Assembly (NCBI GenBank): GCA_964016885.1
Contig: OZ024742.1
Span: forward strand, 84,630,001 to 84,694,000
Length of the DNA: 64,000 bases
Origin: Eledone cirrhosa
Taxonomy: Eukaryota
Direction of reading: 5' to 3'
Positions 9,881-21,899 of this stretch are shown piece after piece; positions within the stretch are counted from its first letter, which is position 1; every line of letters starts with the position of its first letter. A program made the translations under genes and the position numbers. The notes below the pieces were generated by a model. The model was not told the DNA's origin, made no database searches, and was given only the letters and a program-made list of their open reading frames with translations.

Positions 9881-12800
9881 GATCTGTTCGGACGTCCTTT
9901 TCGCTCGCTCCCAGCAAGTCGCTTTATTTGCCTGTTAAAATTATTTGTTGTTAAATATTTCTTGTTGTGTCAGGCATATAAGCCCTTAGACTTTGCCCTG
10001 TGTAGGGGCATTTTGCGATCATAAAAAAATTATAAAAAAAAAAACATGGCTGAGCCACGCCTCCCAGCAATATGTCTGCTGCCGTGTGACAACGGCGTCA
10101 AAGTTGAGAGGAGGGTTAGTGAAATTAAATACAACAGACATCACCACAAACAATGTGAACAACACCGAGAACACTAATTTTGAAAAAACTACCACACCAA
10201 CTACAACAATAACAGCGTCAACCAAATTACAGACAACAGAAAATAATGACAACAAATGTAACAACGATATTAACACCACTAACAAGAAAATAAACAGCGA
10301 CAACACCAACAGCAACAATACAAATTGCACTGAAAACTACAACAAAAGGTGGCACCAAAAACACAACCAACGACAACAGTAATAAAAGCAACAACACCAA
10401 CAACACCGTTTCTAGCAGTAGCAACAGCACCAACACCAAGACCAGTAGCAGCAATAGCGGCAGCAATAATGGTACCGCTGAAAAAGGGGCCACTTCTTTT
10501 GCAGGTGTGGCCGGAAATATAGAGACAGTCCTAGTCACGGAGGAGGAGATGGCTGTCGCAAGACCCATGGTGTCGAGAAACAACAATAGAGTTTCCCTGA
10601 AACCTCCACCCGATTTCTTCAAAGACCAACAGCTGCGCACGGTGACTTACTGTACCGTAAGCAAAATCTCACATCGGGTGGGGAGAGTCACAGAGGCTCA
10701 AATCCAAAAGGCCTTGGGTTGCGTCTGGGCGCGCAATACTCACATCACACGAGGCAAAAGATAAGCCACAGTGGACGTACTTTTCTCCACCCCCCAGGAG
10801 GCGAGTCTCACTCTTTGGAAACTCTAAAGAGTGAGGAGATAGTCTTCGTGCCCTCCTACTGCGGGCAGACAATTGTGAGGGTCAAAGTCACCCAGGTCCC
10901 GCCCGACATGCCCATACCTTGGCTGGCCGCGTCTGTACTGGCTGGAATCGAGGAGAAGACCACCATACTGCAATTACCAAGAATGGGAAAAGAGAACTGG
11001 TCAGGAATAGGCATGCAAACGCTAATACAGACTGACCAGGAGTCCACCGAGGCCATCCCAGATATCATAGACCGCGAAGAAGGGGTCTAACTCCTTATAA
11101 TCGTGGAAGGAAAGCGCACAAAGTGCTATCTCTGTGGGCAGAGGGTCACCTCAGGGTCTTCAGCCTGCAGAACACAGCCAAGAAAAGGGCCCCCCTCAGG
11201 GCAGGCAACAGAGGCAGAAGACCCTTCTATGGTGAGTAGGAGGGCAACGTCCGTGGCACCCATACCAAGGCCACGGACAACTAAAGCAGCGGCAGCAGTG
11301 GGGGCAACACAACAATCGCAGTAGCTACACCGGCGGCAAAATCGCCCGAGCGGGCTCCACTACAACCACCAACAGCAGTGGAGCTCATACCCCTCCCAGA
11401 CGCCATGGAATCTGACATGGAGTATGAGGCGGGAGGGAAGTGCCAATTGGTCTGCCACAAAAATTAAAAGAGGAAAAGCCCCTTAGCTTCACCCTCCAAA
11501 GGCTGACAAAGAGGGGTAAAGGCTGCAAGGAGACTTGCCACAACACCATCACCATCACCATCGACACTACAAGCATCACCACGAACAACAACCACACCAT
11601 CACCAGCATCACGAAAAACATCAACATCGCAAACACAACAAAACACACACAGAATAACAACAAGAAGAAAACAGGAACAAAATCACCCCTCCCCACAAAA
11701 AGTTCAGAGCCATAAACATTGCAAATAAAAAGCTCATACAACATATAAAGCAGCACACAGACATCACATAAAAAACTACTACACCCCACCAACACCAAGA
11801 ACCCTTTCGGCAAACTTAAACATCATTAATATCAAAATAGAACAGTACAAACTTTTAAAACAAAAAATTGCGATGGTCGGTTACCAAGAGGATATACACT
11901 GACATCCTCTTGGAAACACCCATGACCAGCCAAAGGGACGTTTCTACTGTCGCTTCACCACACGATCAAGGTAAGTGATCCTTTCTCACTTACCCCGTTT
12001 CTCATCCAACATGGCCGTACTTAGAGTAGGCAGTATAAATGTACGTGGCTTGGTTCATCTTGGAAGCAGGGTCACCTGCTCAACGACCTCAGGTCACTAA
12101 ATATAGATGTGGTGGGGAGACTAGAATCTCCGAAGCACGAGACTTCGCACCGATCTTCGGCGGCTACGATGTATATTCATCTCCCAGCTGTCCAGGATTG
12201 GGGTGGGGGGTGGCAGTGCTTTTTCGGAGAGGTTTGGATCTCGCCATACGGGCCATCTTCCTGGACCCAGAAGGTAAGTCGGTGGTGCGGGACGTGGTCT
12301 GCAGCGAAGGCAATGTTTTTAGACTAGTAGCCGTCTGCGCTCCAACAGAGGCAGGAATGCCAGATTTCTTCAGACGTCTAGAGAACTTTCTTGGAACGTC
12401 CCGCTCTTTAGTGTTAGTGGGCGACTGGAACGGTATCTTAAATGCAAGCTGGGATTATGTGGGGCAGGAGGGTGTAAAAGCCTCAACAACCTGCTCAGAC
12501 GTTTTGAACTGTGTGACAAGTATAGACTGGATTATCCGAATGTGCCAATGTCGACATCGGCAAGCCGCATAAGGTTATCTAGATCGTATTTAGATAGAGT
12601 ATTCTGTAGGGAAACAGATAAGGCTAGTGTAGGTTGTTGACAATTTAAAGTAGTCGACTACACGGACCAGAAATTTGTGATCTGTGAAGTTGACTTAGAT
12701 AGACTCCATAGGCAAGGGCCCGGCTACTGAAAGCTGAACGCGTCGTTCCCGGCGCGCAGAGCTTACAGAGACCGGATTAGCGAATTAGTTAAGCGTGCGT

Positions 12801-15641
12801 TGACGGGTGCGATCGTCAACAACAGGTGGTGGCTTCTCTGAGAAGGGCTATTAGAGTAGAATCGATAAGGTTTGGCAAAAGAGTAGTGATAGAGGAAAAT
12901 AGAGTAGAGGGAGAGTTAGTTAGAAAGCTAGAAGAAGCGTTTAGGACAGGCATCGCAACCGACGTGCTTGCCGCGAGATTGGCACTCGACCAATTCTTCA
13001 ACGTAAAGCATGGGGGCTGCGTTGTCAGAGCTAGTGCGCGTGCTCTAAGACACGAGGGGAGGAGAGCTGTTCAATGGGCCCGGGTGGTGGAGGCGCGATG
13101 CGGCAAGAAGTCCACAATTCGGTCTGTGCCTGATAAAAACGGGCGTATGTTGCTCGAACCCGAGCAGATGTGTGCGGCTTTTCAACATCACTTTGCTCAA
13201 TTGTTCGGGAGCGGTGGCGGGCCGGTTCGGAGTATGGACTTCGCTGCATACCTCGACGGATTGCGGGGCAGTGCTGCGAAAAGCCAATAACAGCAGGTGA
13301 AATACGGGAAGCGATGTCTGACTGCACGAGGGGTAAATCGCCAGGTTTGGATGGTCTGCAGTACGAGCTTTATGCGTATATGACAGACTTGTTCGGCAAC
13401 CTCTTGGCAGATGTCTACTGCAACTGGCAGCAGAACGGGAATATTCCCAGGTTTGTGAGCCGGGAGCGGTGGCGCTGGTGAGAAAAACCCGAACAAGGGG
13501 GACGTTATAGACAACTTCAGGCCCATATCTCTGCTAAACGCAGAGATATGGGCCTACTAAAGATTTTGGCCAAGGTGTTAGTTAAAGAGATTGGCGCTTG
13601 TCGTTGGTGATCTGCTGGGAGAGGCGCAGACATTTGCCATCCCGGAGAGATCCATCCACGACAACCTCCATCTCATGCGATATATCATAGAGAGGGTGGT
13701 TAAGGAACCGGGCACGGGTGGGGCCCTGATCAAATTGGATCAATCTAAAGCAGTTGATTGGGTCGACCATCAGTACCTGACTGCGGTCCTCGACGCGGCC
13801 GGCTTAGGGCCCGGTTTTAGGGGCTGGATCGCTGCGATGCACAGCAACATCTGCCCGATTGTGAGGGTGAATGGTCACTTGTCGCAGCCTTTCAGCATCA
13901 TGCACTTGGTCCACCAGGGTTGCCCCCTCTCGTCTCTCTTGGCCCTAGAGCCGTTACTGCACAAATTGGAGACGATGAGGGTCGTCCCACGCGAACTGGG
14001 ATGCGGGAGATCCGTGTCAGCTTTCGCCGACGACGTCACCGTGGTGGTGTCGAGCACCAAACACGTCCAGATGCTCGGCACCTCTCCCAAGGAATACGAA
14101 CCGGTGACAGGAGCAAAGATAAACCAGGAAAAGTCAGTGGGCTTGCAACTCTGCACCTGGAGAAGCAATCCAATCGTCCGACAGCGTCGCGAAGGTCTGG
14201 ACGGAAGGGACGATTAAATTGCTCTGAGTCTGGTTCGGTCCTGTCCTCCAGATAGTGAAACACTGGAGCGAGGTGAAGAGCAGAGTGGCCTTTCTCACCC
14301 AGATATGAGCGGAGAGGAAGCTATCCTTGAAAGGTCGAGCGGAGGTGGCTAACGCGTATATCGCGTCCGTCATCTACTACCGCCTGACCGTCGTACCTTG
14401 TCCTAAGCCCCGCTTGACTGCGCTGGGCGTTTACTCTTTCGCTTTTTGTGGAAGGGACGCGCTCCGATGGTCAGGCGGTCCCTCTGCTGTCAACATCCGC
14501 TACGTGGAGGGCTGGGTATGCCGTGGCTGATGATGCGCAGAGACGCGCTCAGGCTACGACATCTCCACCTCTTCCTCGACGGTGATCAGGTATGATCTCC
14601 GTTTGCTAGACACGTCTTTCCCCAGCTCGTCTCCTTGACGCAGCTGCAGTCCCGGGTCAAGATAAGACCGAGAGGGAACGCTTGGAGACTGGAATGCCTT
14701 CAGGCGCTCAGAGCCCTCGACCAATCGGGCAATGTGATCGGTGGAAACTCCACTTGGCGTTCTATAGAGGATTAGTGTGGGGGGGGGGGGGGCGACTACG
14801 TACTTGGAAAAACTCTAGGCGTCGACGAAAATCATCTAGCCAATCTCTTCAGAAGAACTTTCGGGCCGGGGCCTATGGACAACTTCCAGAAATCTCTGGC
14901 CTGGCAGTGCTACCGAGGAGTTTTGCCAGTTCGGGATAAACTCTACAGGCATGAGGTGCCGTCAGCCGGGCATGTCCGAGATGCGCGCAAGGCGACGAAA
15001 CCGTCCTGCACGCACTCGTCCAGTGTCCGAGCATTGCTGACTTGTGGGTTTATGTCGAACACCTGCTGTTGCGTGTAGGACGGATCCAGCTATCAGCTGA
15101 GTCCATCGTGAGGATTGCCCCGCCCTCTTCCTTTAGCCGGGAAGGGCAGGCAGTTTTTATCTGTCTGGTGGCCATGGTGAAAGAGATAGTATGGTGGACA
15201 CGTTTGAAAGGGCTGAAGACGAGCACTTACCTCTTCGGTGATGCCCTGATTAACTTTTTCAAATTTCATCTGAAAAGGAAAATCAGGGTAGAGAGGGAAG
15301 TGCTCTCTTCCCAGCATTTTGTTGAAAGATGGGTGAGAGAAGCAAGTATGGCCCGAATGAATGGGCCTTCTCTGAGTATGTGTCTGTAAATTAAAGGTGG
15401 AAAACTGGGAGAGGGCACTTGCCCTGGTGGTCAGGGTCACTGTGGCTTTTTAATGGGCTTTCTCCACCAATGTCCTTCGTAAGTCTCCCCCCTATTGGGG
15501 AATTTTTTTCATTATTCTATTATTACATCCTCTGTTTCTTTTTTTTTTACACGCAGAAATGCCCATTTGTACCGCCCTGTATTGTCCTGTACTGTCATTA
15601 CTGTCTACTTTATGTAAACCCTTGTGGTTAATAAAGAAATC
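9881..15641 (+). mobile_element. Full-length decayed Tx1-type LINE, chimeric (B-type 5'/ORF1/EN/RT, A-type 3' third)
   Basis: Starts at G directly after (ATT)n. Broken ORF1 from ATG 10046 with KCYLCGQ zinc knuckle. ORF2 ATG 12011, APE motifs (LVGDWNGIL, YLDRV), RT (FADD), C-terminal CPRC...H...C. Many frameshifts. Ends in (ATT)n. Confidence 0.92.
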
Positions 15642-15664
15642 ATTATTATTATTATTATTATTAT

Positions 15665-17110
15665 TACACTAAGAGAATACGAAGCGGTGACAGGAGCAAT
15701 GATCAACCAGGAAAACTCAGTGGGCCTGCAGCTCGGCACCTGGAGAGGCAGGTCCATGCCGTCCAACAGCGTCGTCGGGCGCTGGACAGACGGACCGGTT
15801 AAATTGCTAGGGGTCTGGTTCGGTCCAGACCTCCAGACGGACAAAAACTGGGACGAGGTGACGAGCAGGGTGGCTTCTCTCTTCCAGAAATGGGCCGAGA
15901 GGAAGCTATCCCTGAAAGGTCGAGCGGAGGTGGCTAACGCGTACATCGCGTCCGTCATCTACTACCGCCTGACCGTCGTACCTTGTCCTAAGCCCCGCCT
16001 GACTGCGCTGGAGCGTTTGCTCTTTCGCTTCTTGTGGAAGGGACGCGCTCCGATGGTCAGGCGGTCCATCTGCTGTCAACACCCGCTACGTGGAGGGCTG
16101 GGCATGCCGTGGCTGATGATGCGCCGACACGCGCTCAGGCTACGACATCTCCACCTCTTCTTCGACGGTGATCAGGTGTGGTCGCCGTTTGCTAGACGCG
16201 TTTTTCCTCAGCTCGTCTCCTTGACGGAGCTGCAGTCCTGGGTCAAGCGAAGACCGAGAGGGAGCGCTTGGAGACTGGAATGTCTTCAGGCGCTCACAGC
16301 CCTCGACCAATCGGGCAATGTGATCGGTGGAAACTCCACCTTGGCGTTCTATAGGGGATTAGTGGAGGGGAAGAGCGACGACGTACTTGGACGTGCCGTG
16401 CCAGTTCGGGATAAACTTTACAGGCATGGAGGTGCCGTCAGCCGGGCATGTCCGAGATGCGCACAGGGCGACGAAACCGTCCTGCACGCACTCGTCCAAT
16501 GTCCGAGAATTGCTGACTTGTGGGTTTATGTCGAACACCTGCTGTCACGTGTAGAATGGATCCAGCTATCAGCTGAGTCCATCGTGAGGATTGCCCCGCC
16601 CTCTTCCTTTAGCCGGGAAGTGCAGGCAGTTTTTATCTGTCTGGTGGCCATGGCGAAAGAGATAGTATGGTGGACACGTTTGAAAGGGCTGAAGACGAGC
16701 ACTTACCTCTTCGGTGATGCCCTGATTAACTTTTTCAAATTTCATCTGAAAAGGAAAATCAGGGTAGAGAGGGAAGTGCTCTCTTCCCAGCATTTTGTTG
16801 AAAGATGGGTGAGAGAAGCAAGTATGGCCCGAATGAATGGGCCTTCTCTGAGTATGTGTCTGTAAATTAAAGGTGGAAAACTGTGAGAGAGCACTTGACC
16901 TGGTGGTCAGGGCCACTGTGGTCTTTTAATGGGCTTTCTCCACAAATGTCCCTCGGAAGTCTCCCCCCTATTGGGGAATTTTTCTTTGTTATTTTATTTC
17001 ATCCTCTTGTTTTTTTTACACGCAGAAATGCCCATTTGTACCGTCCTGTATTGTCCTGTACTATCCTTAATGTCTACTTTATGTAAACCCTTGTGGTTAA
17101 TAAAGAAAAC
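15665..17110 (+). mobile_element. Tx1-type LINE (A-type), 5'-truncated, small internal deletion near 16390
   Basis: Open C-terminal ORF2 frame to 16865 including CPRC-x8-H-x4-C. 3' UTR as in the other A copies, with (ATT)n on both sides. Confidence 0.92.
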
Positions 17111-17324
17111 ATTATTATTATTTTTATTATTATTATTATTATTATTGTTATTTTGTTATACTTTGGGAGGGTCATGTTGCCAATAAGAAACACACGCACC
17201 AGTTGCTTTCACTTCAATTTATTATATATTTATAAATTCATAAATTTACAAATCTACAAACTTATAAATTATAAATTTCTGGTTGGTTGGTTGGTTCCAC
17301 AACCAGATAGTTGTTTATATATAT

Positions 17325-17369
17325 AGTCATAGTCCTTTCGTCACACACTCTGTGACCTCTTCAGTGACT
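17325..17369 (-). ncRNA. Minimal type I hammerhead ribozyme in PLE 3' repeat (left arm)
   Basis: Exact reverse complement of 21855-21899. Confidence 0.8.
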
Positions 17370-17569
17370 GGGGATTCCTTTCTTCGTTTCTGTGCCTTTT
17401 CTTTCTTCTATCCTACGCCATTTTGTTTCTGTGTGTGTGTTGTGTGCTCAGTTTGCGCATGTGCCACATCCGGGTGTTTGTGTGTGTTTGTGTTCATTTT
17501 TCTATTTGTTTATTTATTTATTGTTGGTTGGTTGTTTGTTCTATGTGTGTGTGTGTTTTCATTTTGTCC

Positions 17570-19460
17570 TTAATTGTAAGTTGTGATGTTGCTGTTCCAC
17601 TCATATTTTCTATTTAATTTTGGTTTTAATTCTTTTATGCTTACTGCCTCTGTAATTTGCCTAAACATTGCGTCTTTTCTGTGCGTGGATTCTATTTTTA
17701 TTTCTATGCTCTCTAATCTACCCCTGTGTTCTATCTTAGCATGTTGGTAGAGCACAGATGATTCTTTATTATCTTGGAGGTCTCGCCAGTGTTCATTTAT
17801 TCGTTCCCCTATACTACGAGCTGTCTCACCTATGTACACTATATTTTTGTTTCTACATTGTCCTTCAGTACATCTTATGCTATACACTACATTTCTAGTT
17901 TTACAGTTAATATGGGGGCTTATTTTACAGGTTATACATTTCTTATCTATACATGAGGGTCTTTGGAACGGGTATGTCTTGCTAATAAGTGTTTTTACGG
18001 AGGTACCAGGTCTTTCTACTATTTTAATATTGAGATTATGTTTATTTAGGGCCTTTCTAAATTTGTAGGCTAGTTCGTCTCTAGGGGTTGTATTGATGAA
18101 CATTACACTCTGGTATTTATTGCTATCATACCATGAGTTTATTCTATTGGCCTTGTTCCTAGTTCTTTCTATTCTATTCCAAAATTTGCTCCTATACAAG
18201 GGGCAGGTCCCATTTATGTCATTATTTACCATTTTTTCCCATTTGGTTCTGGCTCCTTTATACACTCTGATTCTATCTCTCTGATTGTAGCCAGAGAACT
18301 GCATACGGTGGATGAAGTGTTGTATGTGTCTCTCTAGTTCTTCGGGGTTGCACATGCGGGACACATTTCTCATCACCCGTACCAAATCCGCAATCAGTAT
18401 GTTGATTTTGGTATGGTCCGAAATGGCCGAGTTTCGGTGGATCAGATGTTTGGAAGTCATGGGTTTGGCATAATGGGAATGGAGGATTTGTTTTTGGTTG
18501 TTAATGGTATCTAACCAGAGCTCTGTGTCTAGTACAGGTAATCGATGGTTGGGGTGTCTACTTGGGTAGTCTATAGTAACTCTAATGCTCTGGTGGATGG
18601 AGTTTGCTATTTGCTGGATGCTTTCCATTGTGTTTTTCTCTAGTTCCTGACTGTTCTTTAGTGGGGGTGTCTTAACTACGATGTTTATATCATCTACGTA
18701 GCGGGAGTACATTATCAGGGTTAAACTGTCTTCTAATTGTTCATTAAGTTTTTTGTTTAAGTCTACTGTCCCACCATACCATGAATAAGTTAGCTATGTC
18801 GCCTGCAATGCTAACACCAATGGCTGCTCCTTCCTCTTGGGCATATGTTTTACCATTAAATTTGAACATATGTTCCTTAAGGGTTAATTTTATACTGGCC
18901 CCTACCGCATGTGCAATCATTTTCTTCAGTTCATCGTGGTTTTCGGGTGTCCGTATGGCTCTGGTCCACCCGTTCCATCTATCTGTGTGGGTTTTCTTGG
19001 CCATTGAGGTAATGGTAGGTGGTCTGCCTCTTGCTGGTCTTGTAGGGCACAGGTTGCTAAGGTCATAAGTGTCTAGGTAACTATTACTATGGGTAAGCTT
19101 AAGTAGAAGTCCCAGCTCACTGGTATCAATCCCACGGAACTCAACCTTGCTCTCGCTGATCATTTCTACGCATTTCTCCACAGCAAAATCCACGCCAATA
19201 GATGGATACAGGGACACAACATCCATACTGCCTAATATGCAGTTTGTTAGGTCCCCAGATCGGTTACCCGCGCCGATTCTGCTGAGGAGGTCCTCCGTGC
19301 TGTCACACACATCTGGGGACATCTCAATGATGGGGCGTATGATCAGGGAGAGGAAGTAGGACAGTCTGTAGTTACTAGCAATGTTAGCCCCACAGACTGG
19401 TCGTGTTGGTGGTCCCGTGACAGGGTCCCAGCCCGTTTTATGGTCTTTTCGAAGCCCATA
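17570..19460 (-). pseudogene. PLE RT/GIY-YIG ORF, truncated inverted copy with a 1-nt frameshift near 18750
   Basis: ORFs 18744-19322 and 17570-18712 match the + copy. There is an extra base in a homopolymer run. Confidence 0.9.
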
Positions 19461-19509
19461 AAACGGGCTTTGTTTGTTAGGTCCCCAGATCGGTTACCCG
19501 CGCCGATTC

Positions 19510-21654
19510 ATGCAGCGCTCGCGTAATGGAGAGATAGCATGTTTTCCAACAGACAAGTCTGGCAGAATGTCGGCTGACAGCCTGCCAAACTACATCCAGG
19601 CAATGCAACCCCACATCAATAACACAAGAGAGGTAACACCACAGGAGCATGAGGATAGAGAAAAAGCCCTCAATGCCCATATGGTGATGTGGACAAATAT
19701 AATGCAGCCCAACAAAAGGACTGCCAACAACTTCCAGGCCTGGAACAATGACGTGCCGGCGTTGTATGGGCTTCGAAAAGACCATAAAACGGGCTGGGAC
19801 CCTGTCACGGGACCACCAACACGACCAGTCTGTGGGGCTAACATTGCTAGTAACTACAGACTGTCCTACTTCCTCTCCCTGATCATACGCCCCATCATTG
19901 AGATATCCCCAGATGTGTGTGACAGCACGGAGGACCTCCTCAGCAGAATCGGCGCGGGTAACCGATCTGGGGACCTAAGAAACTGCATATTAGGCAGTAT
20001 GGATGTTGTGTCCCTGTATCCATCTATTGACGTGTATTTTGCTGTGGAGAAATGCGTAGAAATGATCAGCGAGAGCAAGGTTGAGTTCCGTGGGATTGAT
20101 ACCAGTGAGCTGGGACTTCTACTTAAGCTTACCCATAGTAATAGTTACCTAGACACTTATGACCTTAGCAACCTGTGCCCTACAAGACCAGCAAGAGGCA
20201 GACCACCTACCATTACCTCAATGGCCAAGAAAACCCACACAGATAGATGGAACGGGTGGACCAGAGCCATACGGACACCCGAAAACCACGATGAACTGAA
20301 GAAAATGATTGCACATGCGGTAGGGGCCAGTATAAAATTAACCCTTAAGGAACATATGTTCAAATTTAATGGTAAAACATATGCCCAAGAGGAAGGAGCA
20401 GCCATTGGTGTTAGCATTGCAGGCGACATAGCTAACTTATTCATGGTATGGTGGGACAGTAGACTTAAACAAAAACTTAATGAACAATTAGAAGACAGCT
20501 TAACCCTGATAATGTACTCCCGCTACGTAGATGATATAAACATCGTAGTTAAGACACCCCCACTAAAGAACAGTCAGGAACTAGAGAAAAACACAATGGA
20601 AAGCATCCAGCAAATAGCAAACTCCATCCACCAGAGCATTAGAGTTACCATAGACTACCCAAGTAGACACCCCAACCATCGATTACCTGTACTAGACACA
20701 GAGCTCTGGTTAGATACCATTAACAACCAAAAACAAATCCTCCATTCCCATTATGCCAAACCCATGACTTCCAAACATCTGATCCACCGAAACTCGGCCA
20801 TTTCGGACCATACCAAAATCAACATACTGATTGCGGATTTGGTACGGGTGATGAGAAATGTGTCCCGCATGTGCAACCCCGAAGAACTAGAGAGACACAT
20901 ACAACACTTCATCCACCGTATGCAGTTCTCTGGCTACAATCAGAGAGATAGAATCAGAGTGTATAAAGGAGCCAGAACCAAATGGGAAAAAATGGTAAAT
21001 AATGACATAAATGGGACCTGCCCCTTGTATAGGAGCAAATTTTGGAATAGAATAGAAAGAACTAGGAACAAGGCCAATAGAATAAACTCATGGTATGATA
21101 GCAATAAATACCAGAGTGTAATGTTCATCAATACAACCCCTAGAGACGAACTAGCCTACAAATTTAGAAAGGCCCTAAATAAACATAATCTCAATATTAA
21201 GATAGTAGAAAGACCTGGTACCTCCGTAAAAACACTTATTAGCAAGACATACCCGTTCCAAAGACCCTCATGTATAGATAAGAAATGTATAACCTGTAAA
21301 ATAAGCCCCCATATTAACTGTAAAACTAGAAATGTAGTGTATAGCATAAGATGTACTGAAGGACAATGTAGAAACAAAAATATAGTGTACATAGGTGAGA
21401 CAGCTCGTAGTATAGGGGAACGAATAAATGAACACTGGCGAGACCTCCAAGATAATAAAGAATCATCTGTGCTCTACCAACATGCTAAGATAGAAAACAG
21501 GGGTAGATTAGAGAGCATAGAAATAAAAATAGAATCCACGCACAGAAAAGACGCAATGTTTAGGCAAATTACAGAGGCAGTAAGCATAAAAGAATTAAAA
21601 CCAAAATTAAATAGAAAATATGAGTGGAACAGCAACATCACAACTTACAATTAA
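19510..21654 (+). CDS. Penelope-like RT + GIY-YIG endonuclease (N-terminally truncated but open; Cys-linker, Neptune/Nematis-like)
   Basis: TDKSG, LYGLRKDHK, RPV, MDVVSLYPSI, GAAIG, RYVDD, LPVLD. Linker C-x4-C-x2-C. VVY...C...C...YIGET.R...R..EH...H...EA. Confidence 0.9.
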   Translation: MQRSRNGEIACFPTDKSGRMSADSLPNYIQAMQPHINNTREVTPQEHEDREKALNAHMVMWTNIMQPNKRTANNFQAWNNDVPALYGLRKDHKTGWDPVTGPPTRPVCGANIASNYRLSYFLSLIIRPIIEISPDVCDSTEDLLSRIGAGNRSGDLRNCILGSMDVVSLYPSIDVYFAVEKCVEMISESKVEFRGIDTSELGLLLKLTHSNSYLDTYDLSNLCPTRPARGRPPTITSMAKKTHTDRWNGWTRAIRTPENHDELKKMIAHAVGASIKLTLKEHMFKFNGKTYAQEEGAAIGVSIAGDIANLFMVWWDSRLKQKLNEQLEDSLTLIMYSRYVDDINIVVKTPPLKNSQELEKNTMESIQQIANSIHQSIRVTIDYPSRHPNHRLPVLDTELWLDTINNQKQILHSHYAKPMTSKHLIHRNSAISDHTKINILIADLVRVMRNVSRMCNPEELERHIQHFIHRMQFSGYNQRDRIRVYKGARTKWEKMVNNDINGTCPLYRSKFWNRIERTRNKANRINSWYDSNKYQSVMFINTTPRDELAYKFRKALNKHNLNIKIVERPGTSVKTLISKTYPFQRPSCIDKKCITCKISPHINCKTRNVVYSIRCTEGQCRNKNIVYIGETARSIGERINEHWRDLQDNKESSVLYQHAKIENRGRLESIEIKIESTHRKDAMFRQITEAVSIKELKPKLNRKYEWNSNITTYN

Positions 21655-21854
21655 GGACAAAATGAAAACACACACACACATAGAACAAACAACCAACCAA
21701 CAATAAATAAATAAACAAATAGAAAAATGAACACAAACACACACAGACACCCGGATGTGGCACATGCGCAAACTGAGCACACAACACACACACAGAAACA
21801 AAATGGCGTAGGATAGAAGAAAGAAAAGGCACAGAAACGAAGAAAGGAATCCCC

Positions 21855-21899
21855 AGTCACTGAAGAGGTCACAGAGTGTGTGACGAAAGGACTATGACT
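21855..21899 (+). ncRNA. Minimal type I hammerhead ribozyme in PLE 3' repeat (right arm)
   Basis: AGTCA-CTGAAGA-G-GTCACA(GAGTG)TGTGAC-GAA-AGGACT-A-TGACT. Perfect 5-bp stem I, 6-bp stem II, intact core, predicted cut after 21894. Confidence 0.82.

Noticed and set aside
15624-15665. Poly-Ile N-termini on ORFs 15624-16865 and 39931-40869 as real fusion proteins
   Set aside because: Artefact of reading through (ATT)n/(ATA)n into 5'-truncated elements.
9600-17110. LTRs (about 250-bp direct repeats at 9600-9850, 15390-15641, 16866-17110)
   Set aside because: These are the 3' UTRs of successive Tx1 copies. There are no TG...CA ends, PBS, protease or integrase.
19474-19509. N-terminus of the 726-aa PLE ORF
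   Set aside because: These 12 codons are an antisense patch copied from elsewhere in the element; the genuine N-terminal region is missing.
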